A DNA stretch of 64,000 bases from an uncultured Thermococci archaeon (GTDB taxonomy: Archaea > Methanobacteriota_B > Thermococci > Methanofastidiosales > B48-G16), in the NCBI GenBank assembly GCA_964595645.1, contig CAZQQT010000004.1, positions 64,001 through 128,000 on the forward strand, read 5' to 3'. Every line of letters starts with the position of its first letter. Position 1 is the first letter of the stretch. The notes beneath the pieces were generated by a model. That model did no database searches, was not told the origin of the DNA, and was given only the letters and a program-made list of their open reading frames with translations. This document shows, one piece after another, positions 37,840-47,653 of this stretch. The position numbers were made by a program, and so were the translations under genes.

Positions 37840-38902
37840 ACTCTTTCGGCGCAGAGGTGAGAATCTCTACACCATCTTTTTTCACCACCACGTCATCCTC
37901 GATTCTCACGCCGCCGTATCCAGGGAGGTAGATGCCCGGTTCAACGGTGAAGACCATATTTTCCTCGAGCGTGAGATCGTAGGCAGGATGAAGTCCATAG
38001 CCGTCGTGCACCGAAAGCCCGATTGAGTGCCCGAGTCCATGGGTAAACCTATCCTTGTACTTCGTCGAGTTGATAAACTCCTCTACAGCCTCATGGGCGT
38101 CGCCACCCCTCACTCCCGCATGGATCTTGTCAAGTCCTATCTGCTGAGCCTCCTTCACCGTGTCGTAGATATCTTTTTTCTTTTCTTCCGCTTCTCCATA
38201 CACAAAGGTTCGTGTGATATCCGAGACGTACTTTCTGTACTTGGCTCCGAAATCAAGGAGGATGTAGTCTCCCTTTTTTAACGTTTTATCGCCGGAGGTA
38301 TAGTGAGGTTCTGCTGTGTGTTCTTCAAAGGCGCAGATATTGGTGAAGGCCGGTTCAGTAGCACCTTTTTTTAACATGAGATATGTGAGCTCCGCAGAAA
38401 GTTCACATTCCTTGATTCCCTCCCGCATATACGAAGTGATATGATCACAGACATCAGATACAATGTCGCAGGCCTTTTTGATCTTTTTTATCTCATCCTT
38501 TTCCTTGACAAGTCGCGCCTTCGACACTGCATCAGATACATCGATGATCTCGGCATCGGTGATCTCTGTCAGTGTATTATACGAGTCATAGGTCAGCCCC
38601 TTCCCATTGATCCCGATTCTGTCCACGTCGAGTTTTTTCTTCAGTATCTCCTTTCTCTCCTCCTTCTCTTTGAATATCTGGATCTCGTCCTTTTCAGCTT
38701 TTTTCGCGCTTTCCTCTTCCAGACGGGACACTACCAGCCCGAGAGAATCGGGGTATGCCAAGGCAACACACCCCTCAAAGAGTCCGGACTCCGCTCCCGT
38801 GAGGTAGAAAAAGCTCATGTCAGGCGTAATACTGTTCTCTAGATAGATCAAATCGACGTCTTCCTCCAGGTTGTCATAGATTTTCTGTAATTTGCTGTTC
38901 AT
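37826..38902 (-). CDS. Xaa-Pro aminopeptidase/prolidase (M24)
   Basis: Motifs DFGA..Y.SDITRT, HGLGHSIGL.VH and TVEPGIY..GGVRIED. Confidence 0.95.
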   Translation of the reverse strand: MNSKLQKIYDNLEEDVDLIYLENSITPDMSFFYLTGAESGLFEGCVALAYPDSLGLVVSRLEEESAKKAEKDEIQIFKEKEERKEILKKKLDVDRIGINGKGLTYDSYNTLTEITDAEIIDVSDAVSKARLVKEKDEIKKIKKACDIVSDVCDHITSYMREGIKECELSAELTYLMLKKGATEPAFTNICAFEEHTAEPHYTSGDKTLKKGDYILLDFGAKYRKYVSDITRTFVYGEAEEKKKDIYDTVKEAQQIGLDKIHAGVRGGDAHEAVEEFINSTKYKDRFTHGLGHSIGLSVHDGYGLHPAYDLTLEENMVFTVEPGIYLPGYGGVRIEDDVVVKKDGVEILTSAPKEFTEI

Positions 38903-39027
38903 GGTACTACATACACCCCATACTAATAAAAAGGTTGCTTGGGAAGATGACTTTCCACAATAATGTCCTTGATCGCAGTCCGATCCTCAGGGGTTACATA
39001 CTGATGGAATAGAAGACAACGAACAAC

Positions 39028-40167
39028 CTATCTCTTTCGGTTCCACAGCGTGATACCGCCTACCAGTACGATAAGGATGATTGCGGATAATACCAGTAGT
39101 TCCGTAGTTTTGGGGCCATTTTCCACAATAACGGTATTGTTCTCCTCAACATTTCCTGAAGATTTTTTGAGAGCAATGCCAGATTTTCTCGCTTTTTCTC
39201 TCCCGTCACTGAGATCCTCTCCATGCCTATCAATGAACTCTGCCTTTTCGAAGGTATAGAGGAGATTATCGTGGATGTAATTATTGTGGGAAAACCGCAG
39301 TCCCACGCCGCAAGGCTGTTTACACGCGTGGATTACATTGTCATAGACCTCTGAATCCTGTACATCAAACTCAAAGAAAATTCCTGTTCCCACTCCAGGG
39401 GAATCACAGCTCGCATGAATTTCATTATCGTGTATCGTGATATTTCTGGCCCTGCATACCCAGATACCCTGTTCTAAGTTGTTCATCAGTGTGTTATTAT
39501 AAATTTCTACATTTTGTGCAATACCTTTCCAATCATCATTTAAGTAGTCCTGGCCGGTAACAGATATACCATCACTCGTTGAATTGATCACTGTATTGTG
39601 ATGTATTTTCATATTTTCAGGTCGTACCGCCCAGATCCCGATGATGCGAGGTCCAGATCCACCATCGATGAAAAACCACTCCCTGACGCCGTTGTCTTCA
39701 AGGGTGTTGTAGGCAATCTCGGAATTCGTGCAGTGATCACACCGAATACCGCTAAAATAAGTACTATTGGTGATTGAATTATTGAGAATCGTTACATTGT
39801 GTGATTTTCTGATATACGGACCAATGAGGTTGTTTTCAAAAGTGTTCTGTGATATCTCAATATGATCGGAGCTATCGACATAAAGCGAGTAAAACTGTCG
39901 GAGACCCTCCGGCGAGTTCCCTGTCTCCTTGGCACAATCATGGAAATAGTTGTTCCGTATGAGTATATGGCTTGAGTTTCTCACTATCAGGCCACTGCCT
40001 TCATCACAGGTGATATCCATTCCTTCGATAACGTAGGGATTCTCCGCTGTGGCGTGGACATTTTCGATGAGGAGCGGATCGTGCTGTTCGTATGCGAAAA
40101 CAGGAACGAACATTCCACAGAGAACAATGCATGCAATGATAGGGGGAAGAAGTAATTTTTTATTCAT
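39028..40167 (-). CDS. Membrane-anchored right-handed beta-helix (NosD-like) protein
   Basis: Signal peptide, repeated I.NN.I units and a C-terminal TM helix. Confidence 0.8.
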   Translation of the reverse strand: MNKKLLLPPIIACIVLCGMFVPVFAYEQHDPLLIENVHATAENPYVIEGMDITCDEGSGLIVRNSSHILIRNNYFHDCAKETGNSPEGLRQFYSLYVDSSDHIEISQNTFENNLIGPYIRKSHNVTILNNSITNSTYFSGIRCDHCTNSEIAYNTLEDNGVREWFFIDGGSGPRIIGIWAVRPENMKIHHNTVINSTSDGISVTGQDYLNDDWKGIAQNVEIYNNTLMNNLEQGIWVCRARNITIHDNEIHASCDSPGVGTGIFFEFDVQDSEVYDNVIHACKQPCGVGLRFSHNNYIHDNLLYTFEKAEFIDRHGEDLSDGREKARKSGIALKKSSGNVEENNTVIVENGPKTTELLVLSAIILIVLVGGITLWNRKR

Positions 40168-40267
40168 GGCTCCATGTCAGAGGGATACCATAAAAATATT
40201 TCTATTTTTACTCCTGTAGGGAAACACTTTTAATTGTGGGGTGATTAATAAAAATAAGAGGGATAAA

Positions 40268-40585
40268 ATGGCTATAAAAAAGGGAGATTATGTAGAAGTA
40301 GACTACACAGGAAAATTAAAAGATGGAACGATTTTCGACTCGTCTATTAGAGAAAACGCAAAAAAATCTAAATATTACGATAAAAATCGTGAGTATGAGC
40401 CCTTAGGATTTACTGTTGGCGAGGGAAGGCTCATCCCAGGATTTGAAAAAGGTGTTATCGGGATGGAAGCCGGTGAGAAAAAGAAAGTTGAAATTCCGCC
40501 GGAAGAAGCGTACGGCAAAACAGGTAATCACCCACTCGCCGGAAAAAGATTGATCTTCGAGATAGAAGTGAAGAAAATTAAATAA
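40268..40585 (+). CDS. FKBP-type peptidyl-prolyl isomerase (short, no IF domain)
   Basis: Motifs VDYTG..DG.IFDSS, LIPGFE, PPEEAYG and NHPLAGK. Confidence 0.9.
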   Translation: MAIKKGDYVEVDYTGKLKDGTIFDSSIRENAKKSKYYDKNREYEPLGFTVGEGRLIPGFEKGVIGMEAGEKKKVEIPPEEAYGKTGNHPLAGKRLIFEIEVKKIK

Positions 40586-40662
40586 TTCACCCCTTGTGTA
40601 TCACTAATATTGGAGTTCTGAAACAAAACAATGCTCGAAGCGATGTGCCGTTGCTCGCTACA

Positions 40663-40917
40663 TCATAGTGCATATAGTCCTATGATCATTAGCGTGACAA
40701 GAAGTATTGCTAAACTCCAATATAGTGGATTATCACATTTCACTGTATTGTTCTGGCCCCTTGTAATAATAAAAACAATGAATAAATAGACAGGACTATT
40801 TGATACAATAAGATCGGCTTGAACGTGAAGAACATTCTTAAATATAATTGCAATGCTGAGTATACAAGCTCCCGTTACTAACGCAACCTTCACTTCATCA
40901 GCTAATTTCATGCTCAT
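40663..40917 (-). CDS. Small membrane protein
   Basis: About 3 hydrophobic segments; AGGAG Shine-Dalgarno site before MSMK. Confidence 0.55.
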   Translation of the reverse strand: MSMKLADEVKVALVTGACILSIAIIFKNVLHVQADLIVSNSPVYLFIVFIITRGQNNTVKCDNPLYWSLAILLVTLMIIGLYAL

Positions 40918-41032
40918 AGTTACGTCTCCTTGATTTATAAATTTTTTCAAGTGAACAAGCAACTTTCTATACCATTTTGCTGTTCACAGTGGCGAAGACA
41001 AGTGATAGTGGGACTGAAGCCGATATTCCTTG

Positions 41033-41386
41033 CTAGATGTTCTTTTTGGGATTATACGCTATCCCCTGTGTCTTGCCGTGTTCTATCGCTTCTTTCCATG
41101 TACTCGTATCGTTTTTCATCAGCTCAAATTGCTTATCATTGTAGACCACTATGATCTTGTTCTGGTGCCAGAAATGTGCATACCACCCGGGTAAAATATA
41201 CGGCTGCAAATTATCAATTTCCTCCCTTGAACAGCGTACGCCATACCCGTACCATCTTCCGAGATTTCCTTCGTAGTCGATCGGCATATTATCCTCGCTA
41301 ATCGTTGCTTCGTAAACAGAAAAATTGTTGATAACTGTCGGATCGCGTAATCCCTCTGCAATAATATCGCCTTTCCACTTCTTCAT
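41033..41386 (-). CDS. Hypothetical protein (GWYAHFW family)
   Basis: Coherent ORF with GWYAHFW...W..AI.HG...GI. Confidence 0.65.
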   Translation of the reverse strand: MKKWKGDIIAEGLRDPTVINNFSVYEATISEDNMPIDYEGNLGRWYGYGVRCSREEIDNLQPYILPGWYAHFWHQNKIIVVYNDKQFELMKNDTSTWKEAIEHGKTQGIAYNPKKNI

Positions 41387-41591
41387 CTTGTATCATCCTT
41401 TTTGTTTTATTATGGCTCTAATACTTATTAATTTTTCTTTCGGAAACGATATTTCTGTATATTAGTTATTTATTATACTGTAAATTAAAACTTTATAAAA
41501 TTTTCTATTCCTCACAGTTTCTTCATTTTAAAAGGTGGGAAAGAAGATGTTATCTCGTAAATTTTTTATTGCAGCTCCTCCATTAAATTGT

Positions 41592-42098
41592 ATGACTGAT
41601 AAACCAACGTTAAAATCTATCTTAAAAAAGGGTGGAACCTGGGAAGGACCGTTCATCAACTACGTGAAAGGCCATCCAGGAACTGGTGAAAAAGGAGTGG
41701 TCCAGCGAGGAAAATGGGTGATGGAAATCGATGTTGAGGGGGGGACACTCATTGTCACAACCACGTTTTTCGATCAGGAAGGGAATCAGACAGGAACAGG
41801 GGGCTCGATGAAAATTACATTTGAGGGTGATACCGTCCGCCAGTTGGGGGAGACTGATATCGACCCGACGACAGGAAATAAACTAAAAGAGTACCAGTTT
41901 GAAGGCTACATCACAGAGAACCATATGTTCCTCAAAGAAGCGTTTATCGAAGTGGTGGAAGAAAAGAAAGAACAGCACAGACGGAATAGTTTGCATTACC
42001 ACCTAAAAAAGAGTAATGAAATCCTGCAAACGTTAGATATATATGTGGATGGGAATCTCTTACTCTTTGGAGCTATCGAACTAAAGAAGAAAGGGTGA
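41592..42098 (+). CDS. Hypothetical beta-rich protein
   Basis: ORF with G.W.G and alternating strands (calycin-like by inference). Start uncertain. Confidence 0.55.
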   Translation: MTDKPTLKSILKKGGTWEGPFINYVKGHPGTGEKGVVQRGKWVMEIDVEGGTLIVTTTFFDQEGNQTGTGGSMKITFEGDTVRQLGETDIDPTTGNKLKEYQFEGYITENHMFLKEAFIEVVEEKKEQHRRNSLHYHLKKSNEILQTLDIYVDGNLLLFGAIELKKKG

Positions 42099-42106
42099 CC
42101 TATCAT

Positions 42107-42895
42107 TTACATGTGCATATAGCTCAAGATTTTATAGAGGAAGTTCGCGGCCGTTAATGATGTCCTGTTTACTGTTCTCGCACGGACCTCACAGATATCG
42201 AACCCCAGAATCTCGTTCTGTGCGATGATTTTTTTAATCTGGGTGATACCCTGAGAAAATGTCATGCCGCCAGGAACGTAATTCCCAACATGCTCACAAT
42301 CGAAGACGTCCATATCGATACTCAGGTAGATTTTTTTGCCATAGGGAATATTCGTACTAATGTCAGCATCCTTGATAAACTCGTACTCCTCCTTGCTCAC
42401 CTGACGCACACCGAGAATATGCTCCTGAATCCCCAGTTCATAAATACGCCGCATCACACACGCATGGGAGAGTGTTTCACCCAGATAAGTGTTATGAAGA
42501 TCGAAATGTGCATCCAAGACGACAACTGCCTCCGGTTCTATCGCTTTCACCGCAGGATACGTGATGGAATGCTCTCCGCCAAGCACAGCTACTTTTTTTT
42601 CTTCGTACTCAGCGATGGCCTCCTCTACCCGCTCCAGTGTCTCCTGAATATTCCCTGGTACCACGTGGAGATCACCGGCATCGTGGAGCCGTATTGTGGA
42701 GAGATCCGTCTCCGTCTCCATATCGAAAAGCTCGAGATCGAAGGATGCTTTTCGGATCGACGATGGACCGAACCGCTGTCCTGGGAGAGAGGACGCAGTA
42801 GAATCCAATGGGATACCAAGAAGAATGATATCAGCGCTGCTGTAGGGTGTGGTATCTAACGGGAAAAAAATTTTCGACGTGTGCAAGAAGGTCAC
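42107..42895 (-). CDS. speB: Agmatinase (ureohydrolase)
   Basis: Motifs G.RFGP, GGEHS, DAHFD, SHAC and SIDMDVFD. Confidence 0.9.
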   Translation of the reverse strand: MTFLHTSKIFFPLDTTPYSSADIILLGIPLDSTASSLPGQRFGPSSIRKASFDLELFDMETETDLSTIRLHDAGDLHVVPGNIQETLERVEEAIAEYEEKKVAVLGGEHSITYPAVKAIEPEAVVVLDAHFDLHNTYLGETLSHACVMRRIYELGIQEHILGVRQVSKEEYEFIKDADISTNIPYGKKIYLSIDMDVFDCEHVGNYVPGGMTFSQGITQIKKIIAQNEILGFDICEVRARTVNRTSLTAANFLYKILSYMHM

Positions 42896-43293
42896 TCTTT
42901 AACCCGGATAATTTTTACTCTGCCCAAGGTCTCCCAGTACTCGACGTTCACTCCTTGTGCAATCTCCCCTTGTACCTCATCGGGATCCGGCATCGGGACG
43001 TCGAAGGTCTCGTAGGAGTTCATATCCATGAGCTGAATCGTGTCATTGATGATGGCTGTGACCATTCCAGTATTTTTATCGATGATTGGCACATCGATTT
43101 TTGTGTCTACCGGTTTTACGACGCTCCTTTTCCTGCCATCGAAAACACCGACGGCCATTATTCGTGACTTTGCACTTCCGTGTTTTCCGGGAGATGAGGT
43201 CTGTATCTTTTTAATCTCGCACGGTTCACCGTCGATCAACATGTATCGTCCTTCTTTGAGTGATCCTACTCGTGTCTGTTGCTTTCCGCCCAT
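42892..43293 (-). CDS. eif5a: Translation factor aIF5A
   Basis: SSPGKHGSAK hypusination motif. Confidence 0.97.
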   Translation of the reverse strand: MGGKQQTRVGSLKEGRYMLIDGEPCEIKKIQTSSPGKHGSAKSRIMAVGVFDGRKRSVVKPVDTKIDVPIIDKNTGMVTAIINDTIQLMDMNSYETFDVPMPDPDEVQGEIAQGVNVEYWETLGRVKIIRVKE

Positions 43294-43336
43294 GATTTTT
43301 CCCTCTTGTCTTTTTTGGAAGAAGAAAATAAAAAGG

Positions 43337-43540
43337 TTATTGTTCTTCAATATACCGTAAAAGAATTGTGATATCTGTCCGCAGGGTCGGATTTGCCTTT
43401 TTTCTACGCTTTTTCAGCTCTTTTATCACATCATTTTTAGATTTTCCTTCTAGTGCTGAAACTATCTCCTTTACCTTCTTTAAATACGCAAGATGTGGAG
43501 CTGCCTCCTCATATATTTCCATAAGGCTCTTGGATGACAT
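43337..43540 (-). CDS. Small hypothetical protein
   Basis: 67-aa ORF in operon context. Confidence 0.6.
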   Translation of the reverse strand: MSSKSLMEIYEEAAPHLAYLKKVKEIVSALEGKSKNDVIKELKKRRKKANPTLRTDITILLRYIEEQ

Positions 43541-43555
43541 TGGTTTCCTTCCCGA

Positions 43556-45169
43556 TTATACTAGTTCCAAAACTTCAAAATCTATCACGACTTCATCCTG
43601 AATGAACACGACTACTCCTTCCTCTATATCTATCCGTTCCTTAAGTATTTTTTCACTTTCAAGTGTGATCTCCCTCGTGATATGATCCTGCGCAACATTT
43701 GGATACTGTTGTGTTTTGTGCTCCATATCCTTATAGGTTACAATGTAGAGTGTGTACTTCTCAGAAGAAGGCTGCAACGGTGTGATTTTTATGGTGAGTT
43801 CATTATTTTCATAATTGAGATCGATGATAGCGTTGTCGTCCTTCTGGAGCTCCTCGTCTATTTTCTCTCGATACTTTGCCGCAACGCCTGTGTATCCTCC
43901 AATAACTTTGTTGTTCCCATTGAAATATACCGTAGGATATCCCTCAAATCCATAGTGATCGAGCCGTTTTTCTGAAATAGTGGTCTCCATGAAATCGCCA
44001 GGATGGTACTGAATACAGAATACCTCCTCTCCGTACTCCTGTGATATCTCCTCTATTGCCGCTTCTGCCTCGGGGCAGTACTGGCACCATGTTGCCGTGA
44101 ACATCTCTGCGAAAACCTTCTTTTGTGTTCCACCTGTCACAATCTGCAGTTCGATTTCTTTTTCTAGTCCTGATTCAGAGTTGACAGAGAGAGAGAACTG
44201 CGCATCTGAGTGTACTTCTGGAACTGTGACGGTAACACTGGACTGATCTCCAGAAGATAATTGAATCTCCTGTTCTGAGAGGATTCCTTCCTCCGTCTCA
44301 ATGGAGTATGTGTCTTCAGCGTTGCCGGTATTAGTGATCTGTACGTTGAAGGTTACATCGTATCCTTTTGGTGTGTACTTTTTCGGTTCTGCACAGCGCA
44401 GTGTGAAATTGTGTTCCTTTTTTATCTGGGCCGTGAGTGTGATACGCTTCTCTTCACCATGTTGGGGAATAATCCGTAGGGACACCGTTCCTTCTTCTCC
44501 TCCATCTCCGTTATACGATGTAGTAACAAATACATCCAAAGTTTTCGACTCATTCTGTGCTAAAGAGAGACTCTCATCGGATAGAGAAACTTTCCACGCT
44601 TCTGGTAGATTTTTTTCCGTAGAAAATGAGTACGTATCTTCTTCTCCCATATTTTTGATGTCCAAGGAGAATTTTGCTGTTTTTGAAGCTCCTACCTCCT
44701 TCTCCTTTTCACCGGTCACAGTATACCTGTATTCCTTTTCCTCAACGTCTGCTGTGACGTAGAACTCCTTCTGGTATGAGTCATTCTCATCTTGAATGGA
44801 GAAGGTGACCGTTCCTTCCTCGTGCTGATCGAAATCTGGCATCACACCAATCACAACATCAAGACTCTCCCCTCCTTCTATCGTGCGCGTAGCATTGTTG
44901 TAGAAACAGAGATCGTTGAAACAGAAGTTTGCTTCCCATCCTGCTGGCAGGTTCTTCTTCAGATGGAAGGTAAGATCCTGTGGTTCTATCTCCGTGTTCG
45001 TGATATTCACTGTGAAAGTAGCATCGCCGGTACTGAGTGCTTGTGTTCTTTCCGGATAATAAATATCAAGTCCACCCTCTGTGACTGCTTCACTCTCGAC
45101 TGACATGCGAAGGTATCCGAGCATGAGCGCACATATGATTGTCGTTACAGCCACATACTTCAGGAACAT
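43556..45169 (-). CDS. Exported Ig-like-repeat protein with C-terminal thioredoxin-like domain
   Basis: Signal, ITNTGNAEDTY-type repeats, LPAGW/LPEAW, EMFTATWCQYCP and GYPTVYFNG. Confidence 0.8.
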   Translation of the reverse strand: MFLKYVAVTTIICALMLGYLRMSVESEAVTEGGLDIYYPERTQALSTGDATFTVNITNTEIEPQDLTFHLKKNLPAGWEANFCFNDLCFYNNATRTIEGGESLDVVIGVMPDFDQHEEGTVTFSIQDENDSYQKEFYVTADVEEKEYRYTVTGEKEKEVGASKTAKFSLDIKNMGEEDTYSFSTEKNLPEAWKVSLSDESLSLAQNESKTLDVFVTTSYNGDGGEEGTVSLRIIPQHGEEKRITLTAQIKKEHNFTLRCAEPKKYTPKGYDVTFNVQITNTGNAEDTYSIETEEGILSEQEIQLSSGDQSSVTVTVPEVHSDAQFSLSVNSESGLEKEIELQIVTGGTQKKVFAEMFTATWCQYCPEAEAAIEEISQEYGEEVFCIQYHPGDFMETTISEKRLDHYGFEGYPTVYFNGNNKVIGGYTGVAAKYREKIDEELQKDDNAIIDLNYENNELTIKITPLQPSSEKYTLYIVTYKDMEHKTQQYPNVAQDHITREITLESEKILKERIDIEEGVVVFIQDEVVIDFEVLELV

Positions 45170-45894
45170 ATATCTCCCTCGATGTCCTCTATAAATTTTT
45201 TTGCGGTATCAACATCAATACACTGAGAACGGAGTTCTCGCATCACCCGTTGTATTGAATACCGTGTGAGGAACGGGTACTTCTCATGTAACTGTTTAAG
45301 GAACGCACACCCAAATTCCTGTGATTCCTCGCCTGTGATCTCACGATGATCCTCCTTCGTAAACGAGAGCATTGCAGGAATATTGAGCCGATACAGCTCC
45401 CCTACTTTGTAGATTGCGTGAGAACCGACAGAAAGCATGTCCCCAAATCCAACGAATTTATATCCATTGTGTTGAGCAAACTCATAAATTTTTTCTTCTA
45501 TAAAAGAATGACACCGTCCACACGGATGAAAACGCTTTTTTTCTGCCTCCTGCCAAATTTTTTGATATGTGTTATCATGAATAAAATTGAGAGGGATCTC
45601 ATGATCTTCGCAAAAGCGTTCTACAGGCTCCTTTCGTGATTTTGATACCAAAAATGTGACGGCCTCTGGAGTAAGGTGAAACTCTTTGGCAACGAGCGCG
45701 GAGGCCTTGCTGTCAATTCCTCCAGAAAGTGCTATCAGCGTCTTGGCACTTTTCGGTGGTTTTTCCGTCTCGCCAAGCCTTGATTTGAGTATAGGCTTTA
45801 TATATGTATCTAAATCTTTATCTCCGTATTTCTCCAATCTTTTTAGTGCGTTCCGCACCCGATAAGTATCTCTAAATGTTTTTGCCTGTTTCAT
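45160..45894 (-). CDS. PP-loop ATPase (COG1365-like)
   Basis: Motifs ALSGGIDS, HPCGRC, FGD and FGC. Start at MKQAK. Confidence 0.85.
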   Translation of the reverse strand: MKQAKTFRDTYRVRNALKRLEKYGDKDLDTYIKPILKSRLGETEKPPKSAKTLIALSGGIDSKASALVAKEFHLTPEAVTFLVSKSRKEPVERFCEDHEIPLNFIHDNTYQKIWQEAEKKRFHPCGRCHSFIEEKIYEFAQHNGYKFVGFGDMLSVGSHAIYKVGELYRLNIPAMLSFTKEDHREITGEESQEFGCAFLKQLHEKYPFLTRYSIQRVMRELRSQCIDVDTAKKFIEDIEGDICS

Positions 45895-46718
45895 GATTTT
45901 CCCTTGTAATATGTATAGACGCTGGTGGACCCCCATTTCGGTTCGCAAAGTCCCTCATACACCTCCCAGAGTGTTTTTTCGAGAAAGATACTGCTTTTTT
46001 CCCGCATGCAGGAGTCCTTTTCTTCGGTGAGATTTTTTCTCTTCCACCTGTTCAGCCAAAAAAAGGTGGTGGGATTCACAAGGATTGTACCATCGTGGTA
46101 CTTGATTTCTTCATCAAAATCACCCAAAACAAGGGGAATGTCGTTTTTCTGTGCATACTCCAGCGCACATTTCCGTGTTGTCTCTTTACACTCGCTACAG
46201 TCCTGGATTCTCTCCTCAATGATCACGGATTCATAGGAACTCGTGATCTTTGGGTAGGTGAGGCGGATGGTGAGTGGAGTAGGATCGAACCCCAGTATTT
46301 TTGATATACGGAATGAATGGAGACTTTTGCAGGGTACTACTAATGACTTACCATTCGTTGGAAGCGGATCCATCTCCCCTGCAAGATTACGTTCGTTTTC
46401 TAGGTATTTTTTGAGTCTTTCTGAGATAGGATCGTCCTTTAACGCGTGAAGGCTTTTTGTGAGGAGTTCCTTCCTTTTTTTTCTATCGAGATGAGAGAGT
46501 ACTGTCACATACCGCACACCGACTCGTTTTTTGAGCTCTGCCACCACCTTCCCGTATCCAATGATATTGCTCTTATCAGCCCTGTCTTCGGCGATAATGT
46601 AGAGGGTATCTCGCTCTCCATTGTAGATAGTTTGTTTTATTTCTGGTGTCCTCTGTGGAAATCCAAAGTCTTTTCTGATGGCGATAATCTCCTGCAATAC
46701 CCTATCCTTGTTAAACAT
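45891..46718 (-). CDS. Conserved archaeal hypothetical protein partnered with the PP-loop ATPase
   Basis: DRADKSNIIGYG (KH-like), CSEC; ATGA overlap with the downstream gene. Confidence 0.7.
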   Translation of the reverse strand: MFNKDRVLQEIIAIRKDFGFPQRTPEIKQTIYNGERDTLYIIAEDRADKSNIIGYGKVVAELKKRVGVRYVTVLSHLDRKKRKELLTKSLHALKDDPISERLKKYLENERNLAGEMDPLPTNGKSLVVPCKSLHSFRISKILGFDPTPLTIRLTYPKITSSYESVIIEERIQDCSECKETTRKCALEYAQKNDIPLVLGDFDEEIKYHDGTILVNPTTFFWLNRWKRKNLTEEKDSCMREKSSIFLEKTLWEVYEGLCEPKWGSTSVYTYYKGKS

Positions 46719-46834
46719 TCGTTGTTACTCGTCGCAATGGTTATAAAAAGGTTTGGTTATACACGCTGTACTCCAAAAATTGGACTTCCCCCCACATAAA
46801 AAAATTTTTATAGCGTGAAAAGATAAAATTGCCT

Positions 46835-47572
46835 ATGGAAACACCGAAAGAGAACATTTTTGAAGAGGCGAAAAGAATCATTGATGTTACCATCGAAAAT
46901 GATGTGCATCTCAAACTCATGGGGGGACTCGCGACAAGGATTCACTGCGAGGTAGAAGGGTTTTGTAACCGTGAGTACTCGGATATCGATGTCGTCGGTC
47001 TGAGCAAAGAAAAAAGCAGCATCGAGGATATATTCTCACAGTTGGGATACATACCGGATACTCGGTTCAATGCACTCCACGGACACAAGCGACTCAAGTT
47101 CGAGGAGGATATATATGGCAGGCATGTGGATGTGTTCCTCGATCGATTTGATATGGACCACGACTGGGATCTCTCCACACGGTTGAATAGTGAAGCGCAC
47201 ACGCTTCCCCTGAGCGATCTTCTTCTAATGAAACTCCAGATCTGCAAAATTAACGAAAAAGATATACGGGATATCCTCACCATGGTAAAAGACGCGAGGA
47301 TAGGAGAAGAGGAGGCACCCCATACAATAAACCTAAACTACATCGCAGAGAGATGTGCACAAGACTGGGAACTGTATGAATCTGTGCTCGAAAATATAAA
47401 GAAAATAGGAATGATGCTGGATGAGTACGATCTTAGTGGAGAAAAAACAACAATCGAAAAAAGATTAAAAAAGTTGATGAAAAAGCTAATAGCGCATCCT
47501 AAGACGGCAAAATGGAAGCTGCGTGCTGTTATAGGAAAACACCGCAAATGGTGTCAGACTGTTGAAGAATAA
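46835..47572 (+). CDS. Nucleotidyltransferase-like protein
   Basis: Motifs LMGGLA...YSDID, VDVF, KLQI and KD..D. Confidence 0.65.
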   Translation: METPKENIFEEAKRIIDVTIENDVHLKLMGGLATRIHCEVEGFCNREYSDIDVVGLSKEKSSIEDIFSQLGYIPDTRFNALHGHKRLKFEEDIYGRHVDVFLDRFDMDHDWDLSTRLNSEAHTLPLSDLLLMKLQICKINEKDIRDILTMVKDARIGEEEAPHTINLNYIAERCAQDWELYESVLENIKKIGMMLDEYDLSGEKTTIEKRLKKLMKKLIAHPKTAKWKLRAVIGKHRKWCQTVEE

Positions 47573-47616
47573 ACGCAGATATTCATTTATTTTTTTGGAT
47601 ATGGCAAAATTGCGAT

Positions 47617-47631
47617 CGAAAGGTTTTTAAA
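47617..47631 (+). promoter_or_regulatory. BRE/TATA promoter of candidate sRNA
   Basis: CGAAAGG-TTTTTAAA, about 23 nt upstream of the helix start. Confidence 0.7.
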
Positions 47632-47653
47632 CAAGAAACATGATAATAGTAAA

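Noticed and set aside
38941-39010. Possible C/D box sRNA (AGATGA...CTGA)
   Set aside because: The C box is degenerate, there is no clear C'/D' pair, and no guide target could be verified.
42107-43293. aIF5A-agmatinase linkage as novel
   Set aside because: It is an already known archaeal gene neighbourhood.
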